Assembly (NCBI RefSeq): GCF_006345805.1
Contig: NC_042998.1
Coordinates: forward strand, 160,332,001 to 160,396,000
Direction of reading: 5' to 3'
Source: Octopus sinensis
Taxonomy: Eukaryota
Length of the DNA: 64,000 bases
Shown here: positions 50,945 to 64,000 of the stretch, in pieces
Position numbering within the stretch: position 1 is the first letter of the stretch
Layout: each line of letters opens with the position of its first letter
Position numbers and translations under genes: made by a program
Notes under the pieces: model-generated
Database searches by the model: none
The model's input: the letters and a program-made list of their open reading frames with translations, nothing else
What the model was told of the DNA's origin: nothing

Positions 50945-51050
50945 TAACCCCAATGATGACCTCTGTGGAATTTGAACTCGGAATGCAAAGATGGATGAAA
51001 TACCGCTAAGCATTTTGCCTGGCATGCTAATGATTCTGTTAGTGCTCTGC
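50945..51050 (-). mobile_element. SINE family 2 fragment
   Basis: gtggaatttgaactcggaa..accgctaagcattttgcctggcatgctaa. Confidence 0.6.
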
Positions 51051-52061
51051 TTTCAAAATTTTAAATATTACAATATAGGAAGAACCACTTCCAGTTTTTC
51101 TGTTTAGCCATATGCAGTCCATCTACCTATTACCACAAGGCCCAGTCTTTGTTGCAGTGTAGTGGCTTGTGGGACCCAATGACCCTGAGAGCTATGCCAG
51201 CAGAGTGCAAGCTCATAGTAGGGCTTCCTATGGTTGATGTGTCAAAGGACAGAGGCCAGACTAATATGAACTATCGACTCCCTGGGGTAAAAATGGGTTT
51301 GTGTAGGTTCACAACCATTGCCTAGAAAAAAATGCCAAGTTACTGAAGCATTGATGACTATTCAAAACCAGCAAGACTTGAGCAAAACCCAGAACTGAGA
51401 ATAGTGGAGAAAAGTTGTTGATCTATGCTTCAGACATAGGGAGTGAAATGCTTAAGTAAGTCCATCCACCTATTTGACCATCTCTGAGTACCTGATAGTG
51501 GTTCTCTTGCGTATGTGTGTGTGTTTTGCTGAGCTCTACTGTTTTGAATTGTATTGTCCTATGCATTTTTTTTATGCGTGGTGGCAAAAGGATCTCATGT
51601 TGTTCTTTATAATTTGCATTATTGTGAATTGTTTTATGTTGTAATGATACACATTAATTTGTTTTATTATAAATTGCATTTAAATTTTAAAATTTTGTTT
51701 TATATTGTTCACTCATTAATTTTGATTTGTGAACTCTAAGTTGAAATTTGAATTGGGGTGTGAAAAAAGATGAAATGCTCATGATTGGAGTGCTTTTGTT
51801 CTGAACAAAAGACAAAGACCATAAGAAAGGATGGTCACATTTCTAAAATTTAGAAAATATTTTCAGATTTATTTTTAAAAAAATGGAAGGTTATGGTTGG
51901 AATGCTTTTGCTCTTATCAATGTAGAAAAAAATCTCTGATTCCAGTCCATAAAAAGGATTGGATGTTCATGATAGAAACACTTTTATTCTTGCGAATGTT
52001 TGCTAAATAAATCAATTAATATATATAATCATATATATATGTATATATGTATGTATGTATG

Positions 52062-52107
<46 letters not shown>

Positions 52108-52346
52108 TGTGTGGTGTGTGTGTGTGTGTGTATATATATGTGTGAATGTGTGTGTGTATATATGTGTGTGTGGTGGGGGTTACTTGACCAGAAGAAAATT
52201 CTAACTGGGCCCCACCTGCAAAGTCATGTGCTGTTTATAATGATATGAGATCACCATGTTGCGCACATATGGTTGTGATGCATGTGCCTAGTGTACCCTT
52301 ATCAGATGGGTAGTCATGATGGGTGTACTGGGCTTTGTATATTTTA

Positions 52347-52680
52347 CCCCAGTGTCATGGTTCCAGGTTCAGTCCCACTGTGTGGCACCTTGGGCAAATG
52401 TCTTCTGCTATAACCTCAGGCTGACCAAAACCTTGTGAGTAGATTTGGTAGACAGAAACTGAAAGAAGCCCATTGTGTATATGTGTATATATCTTTGTGT
52501 GTCTGTATTTGTCAGCCACTACCATTTGACAACTGGCGTTGGTTTGTTTATGTCCTCATAACTTAGAATAAGTACCAGGTTTAAGGAAAAAAGGTACTGG
52601 GTTTGACTCATTTGACTAAAATGTTTTTCAAGGTGGTGCCCCAGTAAGGCCACAGTTTGACTGAAACATAAAATATAAAA
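52347..52680 (+). mobile_element. SINE family 1 (5'-truncated)
   Basis: atggttccaggttcagtcccactg..tail to ctgaaacataaaat. Confidence 0.75.
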
Positions 52681-52869
52681 GATAACTGTTTTAATTTGTT
52701 TACTGAAATATTTGTTACAAATTTTTTTATAAGAAGACATGTTTCAATAGGATTATGGTCAAGGATTGAAAAAAAAAAAAACTATGCATATATTGTATTG
52801 ATAGAATTTTACCTGTAATATAGTTAAAAATTAAGAAAAAGATCTGTATGTGTGTGTATGCTTTTGTGA

Positions 52870-53130
52870 TAGCATGTAGCCTAGTGGTTAAGGTGTTGCA
52901 TTCACAACTGTAAGATTGTTGGTTCAATTCTCAGACTAGAGAGTGTGTTATGTTCTTATGCAAAACACTTGATTGTGCGTTGCTCTGCAATCACTTTGAC
53001 ATCTTACGTGTGGCACACTATGCAGTGAAGACAATGTTGATTTGATGGAGGGATGAACTTTGCAATATTTTGTCACTATAAACAATTCATCTGTGCAGCT
53101 TGTTCAGCAACAAATTGCTGAAATCTTTCT
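52870..53130 (+). mobile_element. tRNA-derived SINE (family-3-like head)
   Basis: gtagcctagtggttaag A box, ggttcaattc B box, gttcttatgcaaaacactt core. Confidence 0.6.
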
Positions 53131-53166
53131 TGACCTTGAGAGATGACCTACACACACACACACACA

Positions 53167-53997
53167 CAGTGCAATGAGTAAATTGTCACCATTTCATATT
53201 TTTTATTTTGCATATGTGCATTGTTGGTTTTTGATTTTGTTGACTACACAGTATAGTAGGGTCAGTTGGGCACCATCTCTGAGAAAAATAGTATCATGAC
53301 ACAATTCACTCTGCCAGAAATTTGGAAACAACAGGCTGTACTGCTTGGCATTCACACTGGAAGCTCCAATAGAAACATTTCTGAGTGTTTGGGTGTCAAT
53401 CTGAGGACATGCACTGAGAGTGATAAAAATCAACATCATGATGTTTGAAGTGATCACTAGTGATAGCCACATTATGTCTCAATTCATCTTCCCACATGGC
53501 CTAAGACTCAACACGGAAACCATCATCAAGTCCCTGGAGGAGGTAGCGCTGCCCTGGATCAAGAGAGTGACTGCTGGAAGACCCTATGTCTAGCAACAGG
53601 ACTCTGCACTGTGCCACACAAGCAGGAGAACCCAGACATCACCCCTAACATCTGGCCACCTAACTCCCCAGACTGCAAGCTCCTTGGTTATTAAGTGTGG
53701 GGCGCAGCCGAGCAAGCGACCAACAAAAGTCCTTGTAACACCAAAGATGTACTGAAAGCAACGTTTCTGGCAGAATTCACCAACTTAAACAAAGAGACCA
53801 TCCAGAAGAATTGCAGGAAGTTCCAAAGTCATTTGGAGGCCTTGGTTGAAGCCAATGGCAATTTTATTGAACAAATCTACTCTTTAGTATTTCAAAGTAT
53901 TTTTATGTAATTTTGGTAAATATATCTGTTAAAATGAGATGTCAGTGTTATTTTCCTTTTTGCATAATTTAGATGACAGTTTATTCACTACTCTCTG
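53167..53997 (+). mobile_element. Tc1/mariner maT-type internally deleted transposon (second copy)
   Basis: Colinear with the reverse complement of 35732-36577; GRPYV*QQDS..WPPNSPDC..WGA..CNTKDVLKA; 3' TA flank. Confidence 0.88.
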
Positions 53998-54165
53998 TAT
54001 ACATACGCACTCACTATCTGTATATTTGCATGTATGTGTATATCTACCTTTCCATCTATCCATCTATCTATTCATGTATCTATCTGTGTGTCTGTCTGTC
54101 TGCCCATCTATCTGTCTATCCATCTATCTATTTGTCTGTCTGTCTGTCTATCTCTCTCTCTCTCT

Positions 54166-54279
<114 letters not shown>

Positions 54280-54844
54280 ATGTGTACATGTATACACACA
54301 CACATGAACATTCACATATATATAAATATCTATCTATCTATCTATATATGTATATATCATCATCATCATCATCGTTTAACGTTTGCTTTCCATGCTAGCA
54401 TGGGTTGGACGGTAGGTATATCTATATCTACACACATATACACGCACTGACATACATATTTATGAAAGTAGTAGGGATCTTTGTGATCTAGGTTGTTACC
54501 TGAGTAGTACTACATGCATGTACTTGCTTATGGAATGCACAAAACAGAGTACCACTAGTACACTTCACTAAGCAACTAATTGATGGATCATTAATTACTC
54601 ATCTAATTAATGATAATTAAGCACTCTGCAAATCCAAGGACTGTATAACAAATAATTGTACTACTGAGGAACTAATAATAAATGAATGGAGAGAATGAGA
54701 AATTGTTTGTGTGTGTGGTGTGTATCTTTAATTCAAAGAAATGATGAGTTTCCCAAGGAAAAGCCAGTTGAAAAAGTGGTGGTGGCGCAGAGAACATGTT
54801 TCTTTCTTCTTTCTCCCTATTTAGTTTCTAACTAAAGAGAATTT

Positions 54845-55248
54845 TCTCAAGTTGTTGGAAAATTGTAGCTTAACCCACCCCAATAAACCAAAAAACAAAA
54901 ATAATAATAAATAAATAATAAGGATGAATCCCTCCTCGCCAAAAAACAAACTATGATGACAACAAAAATACACTCAATGATATACAAACAATCACAACAA
55001 CAGCATAAAATATGTTCTAAAAAAGTGATATAAAGCCAAATGCAGAAGTTGTGATGCTGATGGATATGGTGTGTATATAATATCTGTGATTTGTTTTGTT
55101 CTATTTTTCTGTGTAAAGAACCAATCTTTGCTGTTTGTTCACTAGGAATATATATATATATATGTGTGTATGTATATATGTATGTATGTATGTATGTGTG
55201 TGTAAGCATGTTTATATATATATATACATATGTGTGTATACATATATA

Positions 55249-55282
<34 letters not shown>

Positions 55283-55407
55283 ATGTATATATATATATAT
55301 ATGTATGTATGTATATATATATGTATGTATGTATGTATATATATATATGTATGTATATATATATGTATGTATGTATGTATATATGTATGTATGTTTATGT
55401 ATGTATG

Positions 55408-55442
<35 letters not shown>

Positions 55443-55445
55443 GTG
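54845..55445. repeat. Low-complexity region with (TATG)n/(TA)n microsatellite at 55148-55445
   Basis: Directly visible. Confidence 0.7.
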
Positions 55446-55993
55446 TGTGTATACAATTCAAATATGAGGAATCGAAACATGGTTATGTGAGGTTCCAAAC
55501 AAATAAAAATGTAAGATCTTTTAAGAGGAAGATGATATCCCAATTCTTACAACCATCATCACCTCTATCACTACAAACCACCACAGCAACCAACCTCCCA
55601 GCTTTATACTTCATTTCTTTCATTAGATATATTAGTGACTATTATATTTTTACCCTTTTTCTTCTATGATTATTTACAAAAACAAACAAACAAAAAAAAT
55701 AATACTTGTTCCCCTTCCTCCCTCCAAATTATTGTTGTATTTCTTATTGTTGATAAGGGTGACCAGAAGACATTTTATTATAGTCAATTTTTTTTTTTGT
55801 ATCCTTGTTGTAATTTTGAAGGGACTAGGAAGGGCCAGATGGCAGAGGGTGTAGGAGGGATTTTGCAACCTGTTAAATGTCTGTGATGCTATTAGTGGTC
55901 TCTTTAAGACTTTTTGTGTTTCCGATATATATGTATAAATGTGTATGTATATGTGTGTGTATATATATATGTATAAAGTGTATGTATATGTGT

Positions 55994-56035
<42 letters not shown>

Positions 56036-56539
56036 TGTAAATATATATATATATATGTATATGATTTTTTTTTTGTGATTTCTTTCTTCCTAATGTTCTG
56101 ATGTTGTTCTTGTTGGTGCTGCATGTTTAATGGATATCATTTTATTTATTTTGGCTTGTTACATTTACTTGACATATTTGTTGTTAAACATTATTTTTTC
56201 TCATCACCTCAAAACAATATGCAATATGTATGCTTGTATTTGTACATATTCATGTGCATGATCGTGTGTGTGTGTTTATAAATGTGATACACACACACAT
56301 GCACACATGCAAACACACATTTAGTTTTATACTTACAAATATATTACATATGAGTGAATTTATCTACATTTATATATATGTATACAAACTGATACATGTA
56401 TATACACATTTATACAGACATATACATGTTTAAAGGTGATGCTCCAGCATGGCTGCATTCAAATGACTGAAACCAATAAAAGAATATATAATGTAAGCTG
56501 CTTTATATGTGTGTATGTCTATATATATATATATATATT

Positions 56540-56571
<32 letters not shown>

Positions 56572-56855
56572 CACACACGTAACACATTATATATATGTAT
56601 TATGCATACATGCACATATGTATGTGTGTATATATATATATATACACATATACACATACACATATACACATGTATATGTCTGTATAAATGTGTTAGCATG
56701 TGTGTGTGTGTGTATTATATGTATATATATATATATATTATATATATATAATAGCAGTTCCACAACATATTTACTTTCACTATATATATTCGCTTTGCAT
56801 TTTTGACAGGCATTTTGTATATTCTCTATCATTATGTATATTTTATGTATGCACT

Positions 56856-56904
<49 letters not shown>

Positions 56905-57204
56905 CATCTGCCCTATCTTTCCCTTATTCTGGCAAGCATAATGAAAAAAGATGAGTGTGATTTACATATTTTTCTCACATAATTCTCCTTCTCCACTGCC
57001 TCCTCCTCTCATCATCGTCATCATCATCATGATCATCAATTTTTTTCTTGCAAAGTACATGTTTTCATTCCCCACTGTATTTTTGTGTTGCTTTTTGTCT
57101 TTGCTGTTCGAAGTCCCAAACCCTTATCTACTGTCTGATTTCCCCTTTTTATAAATTAGAGATATGCTCGATTTACCTTCTACCATAATTGGAATGTAGC
57201 TTAC

Positions 57205-57274
57205 CATCTCCAGAGAAACTTGGCACTGGTTCTAACACTGATGCTTCTAGCTAGGACATCACAATCACCGTCCA
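57205..57274 (-). CDS. Candidate 70-nt internal exon of an unidentified gene
   Basis: Acceptor gttgttctacacag, donor ATG|gtaagc, single open frame (phase 1 to 2) DGDCDVLARSISVRTSAKFLWR, non-repetitive sequence. Confidence 0.4.
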
Positions 57275-57529
57275 CTGTGTAGAACAACTTAAGCAGTAAT
57301 CCACTCTCACATCATATACTTAAATATATACACAAGCAGACATGCATAAAGACATGCATAGACACATGCTGTATTTAGTTATGTGTGTATGTGTCTGCAT
57401 ATGAATCTGTCCATTTATATGTATGGATATGTGCACCGATATTATACTACTACTACTACTACTACTACTGCTACTACATAATAATAATAATAATAATAAT
57501 AATAATTTGAACTCAAAGCTTAAAGATGG

Positions 57530-57625
57530 ACAACATACCACAAAGGATAAAATGCAAAGTCAGCCTCAGCAGAATTTGAACTCAGAACGTAATGAACTAG
57601 AGGAAATGTCACTAAACATTTTGTC
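57530..57625 (-). mobile_element. SINE family 2 fragment
   Basis: aatgcaaagtcagcctcagcagaatttgaactcagaacg. Confidence 0.55.
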
Positions 57626-57659
57626 CAACACACAATTCTAACACACACACACACACGCA

Positions 57660-57724
<65 letters not shown>

Positions 57725-57726
<2 letters not shown>

Positions 57727-58110
57727 GGTGCAGGTGTGGTTGTGTGGTAAAAAGTTTGCTTCCCAAACTCATGGTTCCAGGTTCAGTCACATTTCTTGGC
57801 ACCTTGGGAAAGTGTCTTCCATTATAGCTTCAGGCCAACCAAAGCCTTGTGAGGGGATTTGGTAAATGGAAACTGAAAGAAGCCTGTTGTGTATATATAT
57901 GTTTGTGTGCGTGTGTGTGTCTTTGTGTTTGTCCTCCACCACTGCCTGAAAACTATTGTTGGTATTACGCCCCTGTAAATCAGCGGTTGAGCAAACAGAG
58001 ACTGCTAGCAAAAGTACCAGGCATAAAGTAAATTAATACTGGGGTTGACTTGTTCAACTAAAATTCTTTAAGGCAGTGTCCCAGCATGGCCACAGTCTGA
58101 TGACTGATAC
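57725..58110 (+). mobile_element. SINE family 1, near full length
   Basis: gcaggtgtggttgtgtggtaaaaagtttgcttccca head through the tail ccagcatggccacagt. Confidence 0.8.
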
Positions 58111-58114
58111 AAGT

Positions 58115-58249
58115 AAAAGATAAAAGATATATGTATATACATACATACATATATATGTATGTATAAATGTATGTATATATATATATATATGTATGTATGT
58201 ATATATATATATATAGGTATGTATGTATATATATATATATGTATGTATG

Positions 58250-58288
<39 letters not shown>

Positions 58289-58417
58289 GTATATATGTAT
58301 ATATATGTATATATGTATATATATGTATATATATATATGTATGTATATATATATATGTATGTATATATATGTGTGTGTATATTTATATATATATGTGTGT
58401 GTGTATATATATATATA

Positions 58418-58466
<49 letters not shown>

Positions 58467-58700
58467 TTTTGTGTGTATACATACACACACATATGCATTC
58501 CAGGTTGTAGAATTTTTACGAGTGATTTGTGTGCATATCTTTAAACACATACTCATTCTACATTGGATGTGCACTTATTCTTGCATACATGCATTGTATG
58601 CATGTGTGTATATATATATATTATATATATATATATACATACACACATACATACATGCATACATACATACATATGCACATGTATTATATTTATATAATCA
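58115..58700. repeat. (TA)n/(TATG)n microsatellite
   Basis: Directly visible. Confidence 0.9.
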
Positions 58701-59429
58701 AAATATGTAGAAAAGAGATACTGTTTGTATTTGTGTGTGTGTGAAAAAGAGGGAAAATGGGAGGGGGATACAGCATGAGAGAAGAAAGAATAAGAGGAGT
58801 GAGAGAGATAGATTGAAATGGCAGATAAGAAATAATATTGTGTGAAGACAATATAGATGGATGTCAGCGATTGTGTGTAATTCTGCCTGGCACAACTGAT
58901 ATTTAATTGGGATGAGGACAAAATAAATTGCACAGAAAGAAGGAGAGATTGGGTGGAGGAATTGATCTCTAGAGACAAATACAGAAAATGCATGGAAAAA
59001 ATGTGAAATATAAAATAAAAAAAATACAGGTAAAAAATTTTCTCAAACCCTTGGTGGGTAGGGGGACACCTGGGAGAAGATGTGGGAGAAGAAGAAAAAG
59101 AGCAGGATGATTGAATGAATGTAAGTTCAAGAAACATTAGAATAGTGAGCATGCCCACTCACACATACACTATGCATACACACATGCATACTTGTACACA
59201 CTAAGAGACTTGCATGCATTAACATACACACACTAACAGATATACACACACAGGTGTGTGCACACACACACATGAGAGAGAGAGGAAAAGAGAAAGCGAG
59301 AGAGTAAACAACTGTAAAACTTATGTTGGCTGAGTTAATACTGTTGTTATTGGTGATGCTGGTTTGGTGGGTCATATATAAATTGTAGAACTGTACCAAG
59401 TTCAATAAGCAAGGAAATGAAGCACTGAG

Positions 59430-59715
59430 TACTGGTGATTGTGGTGATGGTGGTGGTGATGGTGGTAGTGATAGGGATGGTGATAATCTGGGTGATGTTA
59501 GTGGTGATGATGACAATAACAATGATCATGATGATGAAAATGATAACGATAATGATGATGATGATGATGATGATGGTGGTAGTGGTGGTTTTGCTTGTGG
59601 ATGCAGCCGGGATAATGGTAGGGATAATGTGTGGAGGTTGTTGGAAGCAGTAAGTTAATGATGATCATCAAGATGGTGTTGATGGTGATGATGATGATGA
59701 TAATGGTGACAGCTA
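59430..59715. repeat. Degenerate (GAT)n/(GGT)n trinucleotide array
   Basis: Directly visible; source of the poly-M/V/H ORFs. Confidence 0.85.
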
Positions 59716-60169
59716 GGAGAGTGTGAAGTAAGAATTGTGGGGCAGATAGATAGATAGACAAAAGGGAAAAAAAAATTACTTAGCCACAAATCCCATACCT
59801 TATCTTAGTAGAAAGAAAGCATGTGAAGAGAAAAGAATGGAAATTACTAGTCAGTGCCATAAACAAGGCCTGCGTGCATTTATATTGGAGAGGTTAATTT
59901 GGAGAAAAGCCAGTGTCTTCAATCAAGATCAAACAAGAATTCTTCTTTCAAAGACAAAAGTGAAGAAATGGACCAGATAAAAAAAAAAGACATACACACA
60001 TGAAATATACAAAAGAAAAAAAAAATGGAAAGTAAGAGAAATCCATAAGTGATGTGATCTGAGTTTTTTTTTTTTTTTGGGTGGTGTTTGTTTTTGCTCT
60101 TCTTGATAAATTTTGGGTTCATTCATTTGTGTGTGTGTGGGGGGTGTAGAGCAATTTTTCAAATCTCAT

Positions 60170-60285
60170 ATATATGTATATGCATGTGTATATATATATA
60201 ATATATAATATATATATATATGCATATGTATGTATGTATATGCGTATATATTATATATATATGCATATGTATGTATGTATATGCG

Positions 60286-60316
<31 letters not shown>

Positions 60317-60890
60317 ATATATATATATATATATGTGCATATGTATGTATGTATATGCGTATATATATATTATATATATATAATATATATATATATGTAT
60401 GTATATGCATATATATATATGTATACGTATGTATATGTATGTATATGCACATACATACATATATATATATATATGTGCATATATATATGCCTATATATAT
60501 GTACATATATACTTTATACAAACACATATAAATGTATACGTATATATATACACACACACACACACCACACACACACACACATATATATAAGTATAAATAT
60601 ATTTTTATTTATATTCATACATAAATTTATGTATATATTTATATGTAGATATATGGATATCGATATATTTATACATGTATGTATATATATATGTGTATGT
60701 GTATATATATATATGTATATACATATGTATATCTATACACATTTATATACATATATAGACACCTATATATGCATACATGTATTTACGTATATAGTTATAT
60801 ATAAATATATATGTGTGTATATGTGTGTGTGTATATATATATATACATACATACATATATATATATATATGCACAAACACACACACACAC
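60170..60890. repeat. (TA)n/(TATG)n/(CA)n compound microsatellite
   Basis: Directly visible. Confidence 0.9.
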
Positions 60891-61017
60891 AGTTTCTTAT
60901 CATCACCCGCAAACTTATTTGTTATTTTTTGTTGTTTTTGTTTGGCTCTTTTATAATGAGAGAACTATTTCTAGTAACTAACGAGAGAAATGGCCATGCT
61001 TTATGCCATGTGCTGAC

Positions 61018-61132
61018 TTATTTCAAGCAGCAGTACTTTGTCTTTTAAGATGAAGTGCTGCTCATTGAGGTTTTTGGAGACTGTCCGGGTTATGTGTTGA
61101 GTGAGCGAGTTCTCAGACATAGTCTGTCTAGT
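61018..61132 (-). CDS. Candidate 115-nt exon of an unidentified gene
   Basis: Acceptor cttctgtctgtag; open frame TRQTMSENSLTQHITRTVSKNLNEQHFILKDKVLLLEI; moderate donor AA|gtcagc, phase-compatible with 57205-57274. Confidence 0.3.
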
Positions 61133-61626
61133 CTACAGACAGAAGTTTGACAATCATTGATATGCTAGTGTGTATGTTTGTGCATGCTTATTTATATACG
61201 CATAGTCAGATATTCAGACAGATTGAAAATATGTACACATACACATTTAAACCAACGCGCGCACACACACACACATATAAACAATGCACATACACACACA
61301 CACACACATACATAAATGAGCTCACTGTATTTATGATTCTTCATTAAAATAATAGAGAATGCAGGATACGTGCCTGTGTGGAAGTTTGTGCAAGTGCTGT
61401 AACTCTGATTGCATACCTTCAGATATTGGTTTCTAATACTTGTTATTGTTAGATACCTGTCTGTCTGTCTTTCTCTATTTCTCCCTATTAGATACCTATC
61501 CACCTGTCTTTCTCTATTTCTCTTGTACTTATAGTATGCACACATGTGTGTGTGCATACACACGTATATGAATATACATGCATACATACACACATATATA
61601 TAGATGTACCCATATTATAGTCAATA

Positions 61627-61990
61627 CTAGCTGGCCCCATGCTGTCAAAAATGATGGCTAATTGTAGTATTTTATATATAAATAAGGTACAAAACCAAGT
61701 TTTTAGTTTAATAATTCTTTTATTACCAAATTGTTTTGTGAAAAATCTATTCACAATTAACATCTCTTGACTGCTTGTTTCCTTCAAATGAATTTTGAAG
61801 TTTTCCTTCCTTCTTGTATGATTTAAGGTCACATAAAGCTGGCCATGACTAAATACAGGGGTTGGCAAGTAAATACCAACATTTTTGAAGCAACATTTCC
61901 TTTCAGTTGTGCTCTCCATTACTGAAACCAACCTAAGCTCAAATGACTCAAAGCCACAAAAAGCAGTCCATGACTTATTGTTGATGTAAA
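61627..61990 (-). mobile_element. Helitron 3' end with a PIF1-type helicase C-terminal remnant
   Basis: INNKS (TINKS-like) and KNVGIYLPTPVFSHGQLYVTL motifs, followed by a GC-rich patch and CTAG|T terminus at 61627. Confidence 0.75.
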
Positions 61991-62444
61991 AACTCCCTAT
62001 TCAAAATTTATTACATAAATTTCTTAATATAAATTAGACACATGTATGAACTGTTAAATGTGTATATATAATATACTTTTCAACTGCAGTGTTTTATATT
62101 CTTGATACACTCAGGCAATAATTATTTTCTCTAATGTGTGTGTATATGGATGTTTGTGTAGATGTGTGTGATTGTAATAATTATTTGTAATACAACAGAT
62201 AGAATATGGATAGTAAATCAAATTAATACACTTCTCAATGTTATCTAGTATTTTGAGTTGTGACATTGATCATCGTTAATTACTGAAAGAATGCTGGTTA
62301 GTTTATGTATAGTTACTGAAAGAACACTGGGTAAAAATTTCTTAATATAAATAAATTAAGGACATGTATAAGCTGTTAAATTAAGATGTGTATTTATAAT
62401 ATACTTTTCAACTGCAGTCATTTTATATTATTGTAGATTATTGA

Positions 62445-62640
62445 GGGTGATGTGCTGGCAGAACCTTTAGCACATTGTACAAATTGCTTTTTGACATTTT
62501 ATTCATCTGTACACTCTGAGTTCAAATTCTGCTGAGGTTTACTTTGTCTCAGGATCTCTGAAATAAGTACCAGTTGAGCACTGAGGTTGATATAATCAAC
62601 TAGTCTCCTCTTCCAAAATTTCAGGCCTTGAGCCTACATT
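62445..62640 (+). mobile_element. SINE family 2
   Basis: gtgctggcagaacc..ctctgagttcaaattctgctgaggtt..aagtaccagttgagcactgagg. Confidence 0.7.
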
Positions 62641-62704
62641 ATAAAGTATTATCATTATTAGCGGTAGTATTATTATATACATGTTCACCAATTTGTGTGT
62701 ATAA

Positions 62705-62905
62705 CAAGGCAATATGTATCATCATCATAATTTAATGTCTGTTTTCCATACTGGCGTGGTTTGGACAGTTTGACCAGAGCTGGTAAGCTGAAGAGTTGCA
62801 CCAGTCTCAAGTCATCTGTTTTGGTTTGATTTCTATGGCTGGATGCCCTCCCAAATGTCAGCCACTCTGCAGAGTGTATTGGATGCTTATTATGTGTCAC
62901 CAATG
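62705..62905 (-). mobile_element. SINE/LINE-tail repeat
   Basis: Reverse complement of the 2170-2405 family. Confidence 0.6.
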
Positions 62906-64000
62906 TGGATATATTTGTAAATGTGTGTGTATGATGATACACACTCTTATATACAGACACACCTAAATACTTGCATACATATTTGTATGTGCCTTGCATA
63001 GGACTATATATTAGCTTAAAATAATAACTTTAAAAAATAATTAAATGAAATATACAGTGTGGTCCAAAATCCAAGCTACCATTTGATATATTTTTGTGTA
63101 TTATATGGTAGAGTGAATTTTGAGTTGCCCTGTATTATGATAAACTGCTCATTAACCACAATCGCAATGCATCAAATATTCACTTATATCTATCTATGAG
63201 TAGTTACCTGCATCAAACTAGCACTTAGACCTAAATTACTTTGGCCTCATATTACATGCTTGTACATTAAAAAAATGGGGTGGGCTGGTGCATAAAGAAG
63301 GTTTAGTAAAAGAATTGGAGCAGGAGTTGGGAAAATTTTTGAGAAGTACTGCTGCAAGGCATTCTGTTTGTCCCTTTATAAATTCTGCCATCTCATTGCT
63401 CTTTATTATTAATTATGGTAATGAACCAATGAGGAAGCCTCATTGTAGTTATTTGAACTGCTGAAAATAACAACCAAATTTAACCCTAAATCACATCCTT
63501 CAATCTTAAGGAAATGATACATTAGCTAATGTAGTCTGGGGCACATTATGCCTGGAAAGAAAAAAAAAAAGGAATGTAGAATGGTTATTGGGGAAGGAGT
63601 GCCTTTGATCATAGATCTGCTCAACCAGGGGTGATTTAGTTCTGAGCATCTGCAAAAATATTAATTATGATAATGAGGAATATTGATAAGAACTAAATTT
63701 GCAAATGCCACAGCTTCTTTGCTAAACATTGCTGCTGCTGCTGTTGATATTGTTTTAACCACATTTATGACCAAATTTTATCTGGTTGTAGGAAATTACA
63801 TAGATGTGGTGCCTCCTACTAGGTCAATAAGGATGAATTTTGAAAAATCAATAATCACTTAAATTTATCTGTTAAATAAACAGGAAAAAATAACCTAAGA
63901 AATAAAACATAACTGAACAAATAAACAAATTTTTAAAAACCAAGAATAAGCGGAAATTCTGCTCTTTAATTTCTTTTAACAAAAAAATCTGTTATTCCAC

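Noticed and set aside
59347-59761. Poly-His/Met/Val ORFs
   Set aside because: Translations of the degenerate (GAT)/(GGT) trinucleotide array.

Overview
This is eukaryotic, very AT-rich, repeat-dense DNA. The SINE families and the (TA)n/(TATG)n/(TCTA)n microsatellite load suggest an octopus or other coleoid cephalopod genome (inference). I found no complete protein-coding gene, rRNA, tRNA gene or CRISPR array, and nearly all ORFs in the supplied track are translations of microsatellites. The window is a mosaic of: tRNA-derived SINEs (at least 3 families), RTE-type LINE 3' fragments, four Penelope-like retroelement (PLE) fragments (RT and/or GIY-YIG), Tc1/mariner relics (including two copies of one DD37D maT deletion derivative), piggyBac-type and other MITEs, a Helitron 3' end, and a 32-bp minisatellite split by insertions. 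A few candidate minus-strand exons hint at a large-intron host gene. The most notable signal is a set of about 15 type I hammerhead-ribozyme motifs from several unrelated sequence families. Five loci carry them as head-to-head inverted pairs, and one pair (15966-16645) has about 99% identical arms and a fully canonical catalytic core. All coordinates were read by eye and may be off by a few bases; no alignment, folding or database search was run.
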